NCBI GenBank assembly: GCA_030264375.1
Contig: JASCQW010000081.1
Coordinates: 53,459,423 to 53,523,422 of the forward strand
Direction of reading: 5' to 3'
From: Carcharhinus longimanus
Taxonomy: Eukaryota
DNA: 64,000 bases
Both the position numbers and the translations under genes were made by a program. Shown in pieces: positions 63,866 to 64,000 of the stretch; position 1 is the first letter of the stretch; every line of letters starts with the position of its first letter. A model generated the notes under the pieces. It did not search any database. It was given only the letters and a program-made list of their open reading frames with translations, and was not told where the DNA came from.

Positions 63866-64000
63866 CTGAAGGCATAAAATATTCATTAATAGTGTTTTTC
63901 AGCGGTTAATGTTAATTTATTCTTTTAGCAACATTTCATCAAAATAACACATACAAAATCTCTACCTGTTCTATGTCAAGGAGTTACTCCAAAGCGATTA

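Noticed and set aside
1-64000. CRISPR arrays, rRNA or prokaryotic defence systems
   Set aside because: The sequence is eukaryotic with spliceosomal introns; no regularly spaced repeats or operons are seen.

Overview
AT-rich, repeat-dense vertebrate genomic DNA, almost certainly from an elasmobranch (shark or ray), judged by V-SINE/HE1-type SINEs and CR1 and Penelope relics. It comes from a gappy draft assembly. Two host genes lie on the minus strand. (1) The last 19 coding exons of hemicentin-1 (HMCN1) at 25841-63865: TSP1 repeats 2-6, the G2F/nidogen domain, EGF repeats and the fibulin-type C-terminus. All are GT-AG and phase-consistent. (2) About 11 kb downstream, a TLR1/TLR2-subfamily Toll-like receptor with a single coding exon at 12164-14637. 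The ORF track splits it in two only because of a 10-N gap with a duplicated 4-mer; collapsing it gives one ORF of about 819 aa. The rest is transposon debris: SINEs, CR1/L2-type LINEs, Penelope, a Gypsy LTR-gag-pro relic, solo LTRs, Harbinger, Tigger-like and Vingi-like pieces. The most notable items are the TLR in a non-canonical locus (with a uORF and a candidate immune-responsive promoter), a TSD-flanked ORF1-only L1 (half-L1-like), and a Penelope-end hairpin with a decayed hammerhead-ribozyme core. I found no evidence for a wholly new multi-gene system.
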